DNA from: Hydrolagus affinis
Lineage: Eukaryota
DNA: 64,000 bases
Assembly: GCA_012026655.1 (NCBI GenBank)
Contig: JAAILG010000333.1
Span: 1-64,000 of the forward strand
Direction of reading: 5' to 3'
Position 1 is the first letter of the stretch. The number at the start of each line of letters is the position of its first letter. Of this stretch, positions 12,261-26,600 are shown piece by piece. The notes under the pieces were generated by a model. The model ran no database searches, was not told the origin of the DNA, and saw only the letters and a program-made list of their open reading frames with translations. The position numbers and the translations under genes are program-made.

Positions 12261-13458
12261 ATTATAGGTCATAATCAATGAGCTTTCTCCAGTGAAACGT
12301 GAGTGAATATATAAGCCAATTTGAAATGATGTCTACGTTTACATGTTAAACACCCGATTCTGAAAGTCAGTGGGGCAAAACGTCATTTCAAATCTCTCCC
12401 GCTGGTGACAAGAGTATCTTTATGTCTACAGTCTTCTTTTTTCTGAGCATGTGATTTACATTTTTGAATAATTCAGAAAGAAAGCAACCATTGTTTTATT
12501 AGTGACTGTGGACCAATGACAAGGATCAGTTATCTTGAGATCAAATTGCAGTTGACCAATTTACCACGGCCTTATAATGCACTAACAAAGTCTATTTAAA
12601 ATCTAGGTCAAGAGTTTTTTTTAAAAAAAAGCCTGTAACTGTATGAAAGTCAAAGGTATCTAAACAGACCAATCTGCTGGTACAGCTTAGGCCAAATTTA
12701 CTGAATAAAGCTCAGATGTGCTTCATAAATGTTCATCCAGAAAGACTTGGAAGCAAGCATTTCCTATCAGTCCCTGGAACACTTTTCATTTGATAATTAC
12801 CCCCATTCTTTATTTTCTGACCGTATAATATTGCAATGCCACGGTAATGTTCTTTCCTTTTTATATCAATATTTTCCTCTGTTATGAAATGTACTTGTTA
12901 TAATTTTGGAGGCTCATCCAAAACCACATTTTTCACCCACCCAGTTAAAAAACACAAACACAAAGCCTTTAATAAACAGCACGCTATGTGATGTGCATTT
13001 CTCTGACTCTTTTTCGCAATACTCTGGGCACTGGGTGTCGTTCAGATGTTGTGCAAAAGGAAAAACATGGATAATCTGAGACACGCAAAAGATCGCGGTA
13101 GTTTATTTATCTGTTTTTAAAAGAATCTATTGTGGCACTAAGTTCTGTTTTCACATTGAGCTGTAATTTCATTTCGTATTTGTTTTCTTTTAAAAAATAT
13201 GTTCAAGGTTTTCGTGCTTTTCGTAGGATGTGTCTAACAGCTGACGTTTCTTGATAGGCTTTGACTGCATCTTACAGTCATTTGAAATGGCTTGACTGTT
13301 AAGTAAAGAAAAATTGAAGGATTAAAATATCCCCATGTGGGTGCACTGCGGCAATCAATTGCACACACCTTCAGAACCTATCAGAGGCGCAGGGAGATAA
13401 TACAGGATTATACCACAGAGACAAGCTAACACAGCAGAGCATGCATTCGAGTCAATAC

Positions 13459-13585
13459 GCGTTTTGCCCACAAAATATGCAGTCAATTCACTTTACAGTC
13501 TATTCTGTGAAGCGCTTTGAGACATCTAGAAGATGTGAAAAAGCCCGATATCAAATCCAAGGATTATTATTATCATTATTATTAT
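13459..13585 (+). mobile_element. SINE 3' fragment
   Basis: gcgttttgcccacaaaatatgcagtcaattcac...ggattattattat. Confidence 0.85.
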
Positions 13586-14813
13586 CGGTATTTATTCCTT
13601 TCTTTTTGCCGCCCACTTGCTAACACAGACTGTAAGCATCCATTTGAGTAAGACTCTCAGTTTAAAACTCCTTTCAGTCTGCAATCTGCCGCCGAGATGG
13701 AAACATATGGGTCAAAGAAGAAGTGCAACAACAACCTCACACCACTTTCATCACCAGGATGTGTTCAGCAGCAGAATGCAGGGTGCCATGTACACATTCC
13801 AATTAATATTCAAATATTGACCCAGTAACGAGAAATTCTACATAGACCTGCACAAGTAAACAAAGGCCTGTTCGTCTACAGTGAAAATTTACTTTTTAAA
13901 CTGACGATTAGAACACTTTCTTCTAAATGTACAGTAATCATTTTTAACAAAAAATCTTGCCGTGTCTTAAATAACTATGACGTCTGATGACTTTGTTATT
14001 AAACATCAACTTAATAACTTAGTTAGTAAATTTGTTGATTTATTATAACAGTGATGATTTTATTTTGTGATTTTCTCCTCCGCGTTCTTCCCAATTGAAC
14101 ATTTAAGGGCTCTGTTTAAATAGGCACAGGGAGAGAGGTTCCGGGCCTGTGTGACTCTATCGCCAGCCAGTAAGGGGTGCTGTAGTGTCACCTAAGTGAA
14201 GTCGTATTGCTGGATCGTTTTCTCTCTCACCTCCTGCCTTTACCTGCTACTGTTCCTGACTGACATCTGCAAAGCATCACCTGTGATAAACAGCAGGCCC
14301 TTTCAGCGAGACAGAAACCTGTACTCGTTATTTTAATTAGATTTTTTTTCCCTGTTAAAAATGTTAAGGTGAATATCTGTAGAGAACGTACAGTGAGCCA
14401 GGGTATAATCCGAGACCAGTGATTTGAAAGCTCAGAAAACCAACATAGATGAAAATCTGGTTCACTTTTGCCTTGTGTCAGGCTATGGTTACGTTTTAGC
14501 TTTGCTGCTTTACCTTGTTCTAAACCCACGTGGAATAACTTCCAACACTTATTATTAAGTAATGATTGTGAGGGGAATGGTTAAACCTTCTGGTTATTTT
14601 CAATTCAATGACTTAACCTTGAATCAAACTAAAGTGCAACTTGAGGTTATATATATATATTCATTTTCGGATGAACCTTTTCAACTCCGTCATTTCATGT
14701 GGTAGTTCTCCTACATGCTTTAGTCAGCACAATAGGCTGTCCACCTCTCACCACAATGATTTTTCATTCCATTCCCCGCGGGGCTGATTTCACTGCACTT
14801 CATTTTGTGCTGA

Positions 14814-15203
14814 GTGGAGTCCTGTAGCTCAGTGGTTAGAGCACTCCTTTTGTAATTTCCTTACTCCGCACGCCTCTGTTAACTCAGCAGTAAGTAGGAA
14901 CCCGGTTGTTAGTCACTTGGTGGATTGCTTTTCCAGGGATAATAATCCCTCAGTAAAAAAAATAATAAATTGGTTATTTATGATTGTTTGTGGGACACCG
15001 CTGTGTGCAATTGGCTGCCGCCAGTGCCTTGGGGACGTCCTCCTGACATGAAAGATGCTAATGTAATTTTGTTTTGTTGTCGCTGTGATTCACCCACAAA
15101 TATGCAGTCAATTCATTTTACAATATATTCTGTGAAGCGCTTTGAGATGTCTCAAAGATGCGAAAAGCCCTATATCAAATGCAAGGATTGTTATTATTAT
15201 TAT
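14814..15203 (+). mobile_element. SINE, long-internal-segment subfamily, with a nested L2 tail at 15021-15080
   Basis: Head gtggagtcctgtagctcagtggttagagc, an extra 62-nt segment at 14876-14937, then the standard body and tail. Confidence 0.88.
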
Positions 15204-15354
15204 GATAATAAGTACAAATTATGCTCAGAGAGCTCATTGTAAACCTCGCCACAAAACAGCATAGTTACTTTTTGGTAAATCAAGTGAAGATCTTTGAAAC
15301 GTCCACCCGACGCGAAAGGTGCTGTATTAAATGTAAGGATTATTCAGCTTTACA

Positions 15355-15714
15355 TAAATAGCTCAGTGTTTGGAGCATGGGATGGATTCCCAGCATTGCA
15401 AAATGTTGGGCATGTTTCATTACGCCACACGCCTCGATTTACTTAACAGTCAATAGGAACCTAGTTATTAGTCGATTGGTGGATCGCTTTTCCCGGGAGT
15501 AATAATCCCTAATATTAATAAGAAATAAGTAATAATAAGAAAAAAATGTGGTCACTCAATCCACAATCTTTTGTGGGGCACTGCTGTGCGCAATTGCCTG
15601 CCGCGTTTCGCATTCAAAATATAGTCGATTCGCTTTACAGTATATTCTGCGAAGCTCTTTGAGATGACTCGAAGACATGATAAGGCAATATATCAAATGC
15701 GAGGATTATTATTA
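15355..15714 (+). mobile_element. Diverged SINE, long-internal-segment subfamily
   Basis: tagctcagtg head remnant, the same extra segment (about 15435-15498), then the standard body and tail. Confidence 0.85.
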
Positions 15715-17480
15715 TAAAGAATAACAATTGTTCCTCACAATGCACAGCTTTATTCCTGCAATACATGATATCGCAAGTTTATCAGGCAACATTTTTTAAT
15801 CAAGACCTGGCGGAGGTGCTAAAGTAGCTAAATTTATACAACATTGAGACTTTGTCGTAACAATATCCCCCTGTATTTTTCTTAGGACAGTCAGGTATTC
15901 CTTTTAAAAGTGTACCTGCAAATAATTACTCTTTAGGTAATGGGACAAAAAGCACTGGAGTAAATGTTTATATTCCTGCAGTAAATGTCGCATATGCTTT
16001 GAATGTTACTGGCAAAATATGAGATTCTATTAGAAAATAAAAACAGATGTTGCTTGATTAATGACACGCAGCCCGATGACAAACTGCAAACACTGCACAG
16101 ACTTGGCGTACAATTAATTTAAGAACTAGTTTAACAGCTTCTCCCTGTCTCAGCAAAACCGGTAGAAAATGGAACATATAATCTAACACGTATAACAACT
16201 GTGAGGCTATCTAGTTGCTGCAAGAAATGGATGTTGCTTTTGCTTTCCTCTTTCTGTTTCATGGAATGTTCCTTTTTGATGACATTACCAAGTACTGTGC
16301 CACTCCTGAGATAGACCGCTATCAGCAGCACGCATATTGAAGCTTTACGTACTGCTTGTAAACACCACTCGAAGGCAGAATAAACTCCAGTTTGTCAAGT
16401 CATATGCAACTTCTTCAGAAAGGGCCAGGATATCAAGACATCACACAGTGGTGAGTAACAATCTGAAAAAAAAAGGGAACTTAGGGGATCTACACACAAC
16501 GTTTGAGACTTGCAAACTTGTGCATGTTCCCTTGTTTAAAAGTGCACAATTTATAGGCTTTCTGTACCAAGAATATTAAGCCTGATAGAAAAGATTGAAG
16601 CTAATTGTGAATTGAGAAATCAATTGTGCTTCAGACACTCGCCTTTGTTACTTCTTGAGAGATCGAGTTTGCATACAGCAGGTAATGTTTTGTGGGCACT
16701 TTCCAGAGATGGGAATGCATTTCGAAATGTTTATGGCAAGACTCGTAGGGTGTATGTTCAAGCTGCAGATTTATATTATACAACCATTTCCCCGAAGTTT
16801 TCGAATGGCTTTCTGTTATAATCCTGTAAAATATTTCTAGGCAATTTATTTCAATTCATGCACAGAATTTTGAGCCAATGTTAACACTTGTGCCCATCCA
16901 GAACCTGTGGAACACTTTGAGATGTCCTTTCCTACGTGAGAGGCGCTATTTAAATGTAAATTGTATTGTAATACAGTATTGAACAAAATCTCCACACACA
17001 ATACATGGCAGCAAAACAATATTTCTAAATGCATCGTATGTGTAATGTTAACTGTACTGTAGAGCATACGGACAGAAGATGTCCCACTAGCTACAGTTTA
17101 TCACTTGCTGTTCAGATCCATCAGAGGTACCAGAAAATAAATGCCAATGCCTCTTTCACAGACACAGTGTTTGCAGCTCACAAAATATCAGTTCCACTGC
17201 TGAGTTGGGTATAACCTGAATTAGCTTGCATGCAGAGGAGCTGATAATAAGATGTACATTAGCTGTACAGCTTCAAATGTGAGCAAATTACTCATTGTAC
17301 TCAGGCCTACATTACAAGTTAGTACAGCAAATGTCACAATAATACCAAATTCCTCATTTGCCTTCAGAATTATTTTTGTGAGGGAAATGTCATTTTCTTC
17401 AGTTTATAGAATATTTTTGTATCAGTGGGAAAGCAGTACAAGTAATTACCTTTTTGCTTCATTCATTGTCTCTCACTGCT

Positions 17481-17787
17481 ATAATAATAATCCTTGCATT
17501 TGATATAGCATTTTTTTCATGTCTTCTAGATGTCTCAAAGCGCTTCACAGAATATATTGTAAAGTGATTTGACTGTATATTTGTGCGTCAAATCCGGCAG
17601 CCAATTGCGCACAGCAGTGTCCTACTGTGGATTGGGTGACCAAATTATTATTGCTTGTTTCCTTGAGGGAGTATTATCAGGCATATGGAGTATGGAAACT
17701 TGTCAAAGGTTTTGCCTTGCCTGGAATCAAACCCAGTTCTCTCACTTGCAAAGCGAGTGCTCTAATCACTGAGCCGCAGAACTCCAC
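17481..17787 (-). mobile_element. Full-length SINE (TGC anticodon-loop variant)
   Basis: Complete reverse-complement match; ctcacttgcaaagcgagtgc. Confidence 0.92.
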
Positions 17788-20700
17788 AACATGTTCTATT
17801 GAATCCAATACCCCTGTTCTTGTCTGGCTTCATGTTAAGCTTTGCAACACATGAATCCACAATCGCTCGTGTGGAAAGGAAAAGGGGAGCCGAGGACTCA
17901 TTTATAGATGTCATAAGAAATCTTGGAATAGTACCAGCATTAACAACTGTCTTCAAAAAAGCCTTCAATGGAGTTCAACCTTAAATTGTTCGCTCTTGCT
18001 GCAGTATATTGAAACGTTTTTGTGATAGAAGGAAAGACTTAAGGAAACTAGTATCCTTTTTACGTTCTTCGTAAGTTAGATAAAGCTGTTCAACAAAACT
18101 TTGTATTGTTATGGAGTGAATATTTGCTGCATTATTTGCAGTCAGGTGGGTGTCAGCTAGTCTGCAGGTGCTTTAATGTCAAGCAGTGTTTGGAAATGAT
18201 GCGTAGCTTTCATTGATGGTTGAAAATGCATTGTAAATAGGTCATCAAAGCAATACGTCGTTGAACAAAACAACTACAGAAAGTTGACTTCAAAATTATT
18301 CCTGCATTTAAGAATTTGCCAATTTCTGTGTGCTCTGAAATATTAAATTTATAGATTAAATCTAGACGCTGGCAGAATTTGTACCCGCAGTTTGCAAAAT
18401 ATCTTAGAGGCCTGAGGGCATTTTGAAAGTAGAAAAATAATCCAAAATCTAATTCCCAAGCGCTGTCAGATATAGAAAAAAAAACTTGTAATTCATCACA
18501 GGCATGTGTTAATGTAGGTTCGAAAATGGGCAGCAAATGAACAGGAGAAGGCACGACACATCATTCACACTTCAACTTGTCTCTGGTTCCAATGAATCTG
18601 GTCAAAATGGATAGGCAGTAAAAATGGTCAAATAGCTTTAAAAATTTGCATTACGTTTCATCAGAATATATAGTAATTGACTGTATATTGTGGGTGAAAT
18701 GCAGCAGCCAATTCCACACAGCAGTGTTCCCACAAACAGTCTCTTGACCCATTTCTCCCTATGATTGGTTCTGTTCCCTAATACATGCACTTGGGTTAAA
18801 TTGGGAGATGTCAGGTCAAAACAATGTGAGGTCAAATTGGGATCTAATCCCAAGATACTCACCCAACTTTCCAGTTCCAATCTGGCCAAAAGTGGTGGGC
18901 AGAAATGTTACAGATTGTCTGGATGGTCTCCCCCAGATATTGATCCTCAGCTCTGTAATGCCAGAGGGCAAGGTTTCAAAATTGTGTCCAAAAAAAAAGG
19001 GTGGATAAGGTTACGTAATGATTTCAATGAAAGAAACATCAGAGAGCTTGGCTGACTAGGTTTGCTAGTCATTGACATGTGAGGCTCTATCTTGACAGCC
19101 AGTCTGGTAATCCACCAGGATGTACTTACTGTGAGCGTGAGATAGGACCTGTAGCACTTTGCCCTATCATTCTGGAAAGCCATTGCCATGGTAACCACAT
19201 GTAGACAACAGGTTCTCGCTGTTCAGCTCAATCTCCAAAAGATGGAGCGGACTAGAGTTCCCGTTTAACATTACATAATTTCCATATTTTTTAGGTCATT
19301 CGCTCGCAAACGCTTTAGCACAACGACAACAAATTACATTTGTGTAGTGTCTTTCAGGTCGGAAGGCTATCCCAAAGGTGCTTTACTCGCCCACAAATAT
19401 ACAGTCAGTTCACTTTACAGTATATTCTGTGAAGAGCTTTGAGACGTCTAGAAGACGTGAAAAGCGCTGTACCAATTCAAGGATTATTATCACTATTATT
19501 TATTTTAATTACACAAATCATAATAATAATACTTGCATTTGATATAATGCAAATATATATACGTTTGATTATATGTTTACCTATTAGCCGGTACAATTCA
19601 GCTTCGGATACAAATCCGCACTTCAAATTTCCCTGACACACACAATATGGTGACAATGATCTTTTAGTTCCTATCGTTTACCATTAGCATCCCCCTTGTT
19701 GCTGTTGTTAGCTGGTAGGGCAGGTCTGTGTGACTCCTGTCTGATAGCTGTCAGTGTTGGTGTTCAATTGGTTGGGCTAAGGCACCATTCCAGCCAGGCA
19801 ACACTGGCCAGTATTTCCTTACTGAGGCTCTTGGGTTTTACTCAAGCCATTGAATTTCTGACCCGCGGCCTCTAGATTTTGAAAGCATTGCTCTTTATTT
19901 AATGACACACAGCTGTTGTGTCACTGGAGTTTTGAGAAACAATGCACATTATAATTAAATCCTGAACTGTGTGCACTTTTGAAGATTGGAAACCTCTTTT
20001 TCGACAGGCATCTTGCCAGCATATATTAACCCTCTAACGCAAAGGGTGGGATAATGTGAGCTGCAGGCTTTTGCAAACACTCTTTCAACTCAGGTCTGTG
20101 ATTATTTGCTGTCATTCCTTCTCAGCTGGACTTCAGCTCAGAATCTATGAGCTCACATTACAGTCCACGACTATAGTACTGTTAAAGGTGCTGTCCTCTA
20201 AGTGAGACTCTAAACTGGAATCCCACCTGAGATAAATCTAACGACCGGATTTTTAAAGCCATTGCAGATGTTTTCGGATTTAATTTATCCACGAATCCAT
20301 ATTTTTGCTGTTTGGGAATTATTTGATTCATTGTTTCAAAAGGAGTTGTGTCCTTCTGTTGTTGGTAGGTTATAAACGATAACCTTAATTTAAAGAATAT
20401 GTGTGTTTCACCCACAAAGTGGCCAGTAAATCCACTTTACAGTGTATCTTGTGAAGCACTTTGAGATGTCTCAACGAAGTGATTTGAGCGTTATATCAAA
20501 TGCAACGATTATCATTATATCATTAATCACAAATACCAGGTTGCTTTCCGTCGCCCACAACTCTTATTTGTGATTTTGAATACCTATTACAATTGGTGAC
20601 AACATTTCGATGAATCTGAAAGGAAAAAGCTTTGCACCAATAATCATTTTGGAGTTACACTGATTAGATAGAAAGTAAGTGGTCAATAAATTAGCTTTGT

Positions 20701-22448
20701 GTGATAATTTGTTACGAAGAGAAAGTTTTCGGGTGACATACCAAATATAAGGTCGGGGATGGCTGGGCATGATAGTGATGCAGAGTGCAATAAATGGTGC
20801 CAAAGGAAAGTTGCTTTGCTTGCTTAGTTATCCTGATGTATAAATCTATTGAACAAAGTCAGCGCGAAAGCAATCAGACGAACGCTTAAGGGGGTATTTT
20901 GAGCAAATACTACATTGATTTGCACATCCTTACAGCAATGTGAAGGGATTTTCTATTGAAACTACATGCTAAGGTGGTCTTGGTAGCTGGACACCTCACC
21001 TTAAACACAATTCCCATTGTGTTTTTCCAATGAATGGGTGAGATTTTCAGGGTAAATTGATGTGAAAACTGGGCTATTAGATGTTGTGAAGACTTAATGT
21101 ACCCACGATTCTTCAACAGCTGGGAAAAACAGATGTTTTCTTAATAACCTAGCCACAGTCTGGATCAGAAATTGCAATTTTGTCAGCCATTATTTCAAAC
21201 CTTACTTTCCTGCTTCACAGATGTGTATTGGGGAGTCTGTAGTTCAGTGCCTCAAGCAATTAACTCTGAGGCAGCAAATAATTTAGAACATTTGGAATAG
21301 TTAAGTACATTACACCAAATCCTGGGAACTGTACGTATATTTTAACAATTTTTGTGGGGTGATCCAGCATCTTGCGTTCTAAAAAATGATTGATCGAAAA
21401 TCTTTCTGATATAAGATCAGCTTTCTCATCGTCATTTTCATTGGAAACCACGTGCAGTTCTTCCGAGTGTCGTTTTTCACGTGTAGACAGAGCTGTCCAA
21501 ACCAAGGATGTTTTCAAATAAGCTGAGTTCACAAAAAATTATAAATAGCAGAATTTTTTGTTACAGTATTTATTTATCTATCACAATTGCGATATTATTG
21601 AGATTCTATCTGCTGCAGCTGCCTCTACAATGTGGTTTTAATTTTTAAAATATAAAATCAAAGCTTTTATTAAACTGGCCTAAAAGTAAAACCACCATGA
21701 GAGGATGTGACTGACTGTGTGACACTATCATTTGAAGCCAACTATGTCATCAAGTCCTTCACTGTTTGTGACCGTAATCATTTTGTCTTGGATAATGAAA
21801 GAACTCTTTAACACAGTGAAATATATACTGGTTATAGAACGTCCTTTTAATTAAATGCAGAGATTTTTAATAAACCTGCCATTTGCCACACTCAATAATC
21901 CTCTAATGCCATCACATATTGAGGACACGTAACATATAGAATGAAAGTCAATATGAGCAGAAGTATGAACACATAGAATTACACCCAACCCCCATCCCCC
22001 CCAGCTCCCTCCCGACCCCTAAGCAAGAAATTGAAACTTCTTTTTATTATCAACTGGTAGCGAGGAAAGATTTCAAGCCTGTAACCTTATCTTGGTGCTC
22101 AGATGATGACAGTAAACTACTGAAGCTTTGCTTCTTGCCTTTGATGCCCTCAGAATCCTTGATTAAGTTACTGCCTTTATCATACTGTGGAACTCTCTAG
22201 TCTGTAGCACTGCGGGCTATTATTGGTGATTAACCTAAATAGCATGTCTGACTCATTAATAGACTGGGACATAGATAGACATGTCATTGGAGTTCTGGAT
22301 TTTTTCCTAACAGTTTTTGATACAGCTACAAGTTGCTGCCCTAACAGTAAGAGAGGAAGGTGGTCTGAGCTGGTCAAACATATGAGAGGTTATCAATAAT
22401 GCATCCTTTGTGTTTTCTGTGCAGGTCAGACACCCACTGACCAAATTT

Positions 22449-22765
22449 TAATAATAATAATAATCCCTGCATTTTGATATAGCACTTTTCACGTCTTCTA
22501 AACGTCTCAAAGCGCTTCACAGAATGTACTGTAAAGTGAACTGACTGTATATTTGTGGGCGAAACACGATAGCCAATTGCGCACAGCAGTGTCCCCACAA
22601 TAAGTCGTGGATTGAAATGACCAATTTATTATTGTTTTTTAAGGGATTATTATTAGGCCTGTGGAGCAAGGAAACTTGTCCAAGCTTTTGCCCTGCCTGA
22701 AACTGAACCTAGGTCTCTCACTTGTAACGCGAGTACTTTATAACCACTGAGCTGCAGGACTCCAC
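22449..22765 (-). mobile_element. Full-length SINE
   Basis: Complete reverse-complement match from the (TAA)n tail to ggactccac. Confidence 0.93.
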
Positions 22766-23257
22766 ATTTTTATGGTAAAAGGCAGTGAGAATTTACTGAG
22801 AAGATGTTGCATGTATTTGATTCTAGCTGAAGACCCCTTGATAAATCCATCAGCTATGCAATCTGCCAACAAACAGAGCAAACTTCTCTCCAAAATCCGA
22901 GTTAATGTAAATCAGACCGCTTTTCAGTAAATTTTGTTGAGTAGCCTGGGGGAGCGATTGGCTTTTATTTTACAAATAGAGATATATCAAAACAAAGGAA
23001 GCAATAGATTCCTGAAGTCCTTCAATATTGAATGGCACGTGTCTTGGATTCTGTTGCTTGGAAAAAAAAACGGGGGAATGATCGGGAGATAAGGGAGGAA
23101 GAATAAGGTTACCAGAGCAGGAAATTTGGGAATTCCGTTGTGGATTGTGTTTTCATAAAGCTGCCTGCATGTGCCAAGGTGACCATTGAGGTCAGGTTCT
23201 CAGAGAAGCCTGTCTTTACGCACAAAGTCAAACGAATGACCCGTGATTAACTCAACC

Positions 23258-23357
23258 NNNNNNNNNNNNNNNNNNNNNNNNNNNNNNNNNNNNNNNNNNN
23301 NNNNNNNNNNNNNNNNNNNNNNNNNNNNNNNNNNNNNNNNNNNNNNNNNNNNNNNNN
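23258..23357. other. Assembly gap (100 N)
   Basis: Run of exactly 100 n. Confidence 0.99.
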
Positions 23358-23460
23358 GTTGGGGGTTGCGCTGTCTAAATCAGTAATCAGACTTGTCCAA
23401 CGAAAATGGAAACTGCTTTGCTGTCCCAGAATCAACCCACTACATTTTGGTGAATGAAAT

Positions 23461-23646
23461 GATAACAATAATCCTTGCATTTGATTTAGCGGCTTATCAC
23501 GTCTTCGAGACGTCTCAAAGCGCTTCACGGAATATACTGTAAAGTGAATCGACTCCATATTTTGCGGGCGAAACGTGGCAGCCAATTGCGCACAGCAGTT
23601 GTCCCACAAACAGTCGTGGATTGATTGAGGTGACCAATTTATTATT
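23461..23646 (-). mobile_element. 5'-truncated SINE
   Basis: Tail plus body. Confidence 0.87.
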
Positions 23647-26600
23647 GGACCGTTTCAACTGAACCAAGAAAATCTTACCATTTAAATTGAAAAATAGCGA
23701 TAGATATGTCTTCGCACACACCAGAATCAAGAATATGACTCTTTCCATGCACTTTCAAAAATGATTTGCGTTAGAACGGACAAAATGTGTAAATCATTGT
23801 GCCTGAAAGCAACATCCCCAAAGACTGCACTGTTTTTAATAAAGTACACGATGAAGATTAATTTGAGTAGGACACAATGATTTGTAGCTGGCTTCAGTAT
23901 CTCAGATGGGTGATTCTTTCCCACAGAGGACTGGGATCATCGTTTACAATGTCATTGGACTCTGAACCTCGTGCAAGGATTTTGGCTCAATGCACAGCAC
24001 TTGCTCTGTCAATAGCCGAAGTGTTACTTAACCCTCAAAAGTATCAACTCTGTCATTCTTTGCATTATACATCTCAGTCAATGTACAGTATGACGAGTTG
24101 CTGCCTTTCCACCTTCTTATATGCCGAGGATCAGAGTGTGCTGTGCCATATCGCAGGCCGTTCTGAAAGAAAGACAACACTCTGAGGCGAAATCCGTCGT
24201 ATTTCATCACCCATTTTTGTCCCGCAATTATCACAAGGAACGAGTTACGAAACGCCGTGAATTTCACGCCTGCACACCAGCAGAAAAAAATACTGTCTCC
24301 AGAGATGTCAAGTTATTTCTGTTTTTAAAAATGTTTTATCCTTATTTGATCCCAATTCTCATGGTTTTTTTTGGTCAGATAAGAAACAGGGGGTTGGGCT
24401 GGTGATGCAGCCATGCGTCGTCAACAACAGGTTGCACACACACATATATACATATATATATATATAGTGCCTTGTTCTCAGGGTAGCTTCCCAGAGCAGT
24501 TCACAGAGACGGAGCATTCACGCCACTGCAACTGTTGTTTGAAGGTCCATTAGAGAATGCCAATCTCACCACAGCACCAATTATATCATTAGCAAAGCGA
24601 GCGCTTTCTCAGTTTTGCAGCCAACGTCATTGGATAATATCACACAGCTGAGATAACTAATCCAGAAAGTCATTTAGCTGAATGATTGTTGGCAGCCATG
24701 TTTAATCGTGGTCCTAGTGTTAATCATTCTTAAGTGGGGGACGCGTCAGAAACCTTGTAAGCGAACCCTGACATTTGTAAACTATTCAAATATTTTTAGC
24801 CCACTAAAATATATTGCTAAAACATCGAAGACTGACTTGTATTATTCGGGGCGCATAAAGTAACAGAAGTCGATCACTTGAAGGAGTGAAGTGTTGTGAA
24901 GTATTGCGATGTTTTGACATGCAAAGGTCACTATATCAAATGCAAGGATTATTATCATTCATGATCCACACAATAAGTGTAGATGATGGCACAATATTGG
25001 GATAGGTGTGCGCTGAGATGACAAATAGAGCTCAGGATGGAGGAGGGAGGAGGGAGGGTAGGCGTGTTTTGGGAACAAGGCCAACATTGAACAGTAGAAA
25101 TGAGAATTTGAATGTCTGGAGTTTTTACTTTCTTACACTTGGGATCAAGGGAACAAGGAACTGTACCCTAAGACATGCAATGAATGAGGTGAAGCAGATT
25201 AGGAAGTGTGTTTTTTTGCAATGGAAGGAGTGGGCTATTGGCTTGATGGAAAGCAAATGCACTTTCCTCATTTCATTTTCTCTTGTGTTCTTAATTTACT
25301 ACCATAGCTACTTTGCAAGATAGCAATCTGATGCACGAGCATTCAATGCCTCCTGAACTCCCTGTGTTAGCTGTTCATCGAGCTGGAGAGCGTACAGAAA
25401 ACACGGTCAACAAGAAAGTCCATCGAGCGAAATGTAGCTAATTGTCAGGGCTTTAACCTCATTATGTAGTTGTCATGATTCTTTTAATTTATGAAACAGT
25501 TTCTACAAGCTATCTTGCAGTGTGGAATGCAATGTTCCTAGCAAACATCACTGATGGCACACTGCCAGGTAAAGAAATTTACCACTGGGAATTCAGAAGT
25601 TAACAGTTTGTGTTCAACTCCATCAGAAGCAACTCTTGCTGTGGAGGCTCCGGTTTTCTTAAAGCAATGAGTGCAGCACAGTCGTGGAGAAAAGGAACAG
25701 AGGCTAGTCATGTCAGGAAATGCTGAGGTAATTAATTCAATGTGACAAACTGGGTCAAAAACAATAGGCAATTTACAATTTCTGGAGAGCGAACTAAATC
25801 TTCATATAACCGGCAGCTGAAACTTTGGGAATGCTTATATGGTAAGCCAGTCTGATTTCTGTTTGCTTGCACCGTGGTTGTTAATTCAGAATGAATACAT
25901 TTCGAATGTGGAATCTTTGAGGAATTTGTGCTATGTGTAAGCGACATGACGCGAGGCGTTGGTGGTTACAGCAGTTCAGAATCGTGATGTTTTTATTACA
26001 GTCGTTGAACCAAGAAGCAGATCGAGGCAGCCTGATACGTTTGTGATGAAACTGTTAGGTTTACAGTTAGCTGGTACAGTAACAGCATCAGAATACCTGC
26101 AGTGGGCTGTACCTCTCGGTTTCACTGTGCGAAGGGGAGTCACTCCAAATGCCTCTACCTCGCTTCACAGTGCCTCTTGTACAATGCCTTGTTTTCATCT
26201 GAGCTGGAAAATTAGCATCTGAGGCAAATTTGCATCAGAGCCTCTGATTGTCACCCCCAAAAGGGTTGAATTGCTAAATAGCAACTTAATTTGGGATCAG
26301 AAACTCGCGCTGCTGATCTCAGTTGTGGTCTGAACTAGGAAACCACGAGTGCTGGTCTAAGATTGATGTGAATGGATAATAATAATCTTTACGTTGGATA
26401 CACAGAGGGCCTTATCACATCGTTCTCAAAGCACTTCACAGCATGTGGATTGTGGATCCACTGATGAGTGACATCGCTTTGTATAATAATATTGTACCGA
26501 TGATCTTGTGTTTGATATACATATAGTACGTGATCGCGTGAATGGAAACATTTGACTGATTTTTCTGTCAAGTGTAGTAGTGACTGTGGGTTTGTAGGCA

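Noticed and set aside
16600-16681. Donor gcag|gtaatg in phase 1
   Set aside because: No in-frame ATG before the upstream stop and no homology.
21260-21532. 90-aa minus-strand ORF with a charged segment
   Set aside because: Non-ATG start, no recognisable motif and no splice context.
25540-25727. Exon-like stretch ending tgctgag|gtaatt with upstream ATGs
   Set aside because: The phase-1 frame needed to join 35872 has a TGA just before the donor. It could be a UTR exon, but the sequence alone cannot support that.
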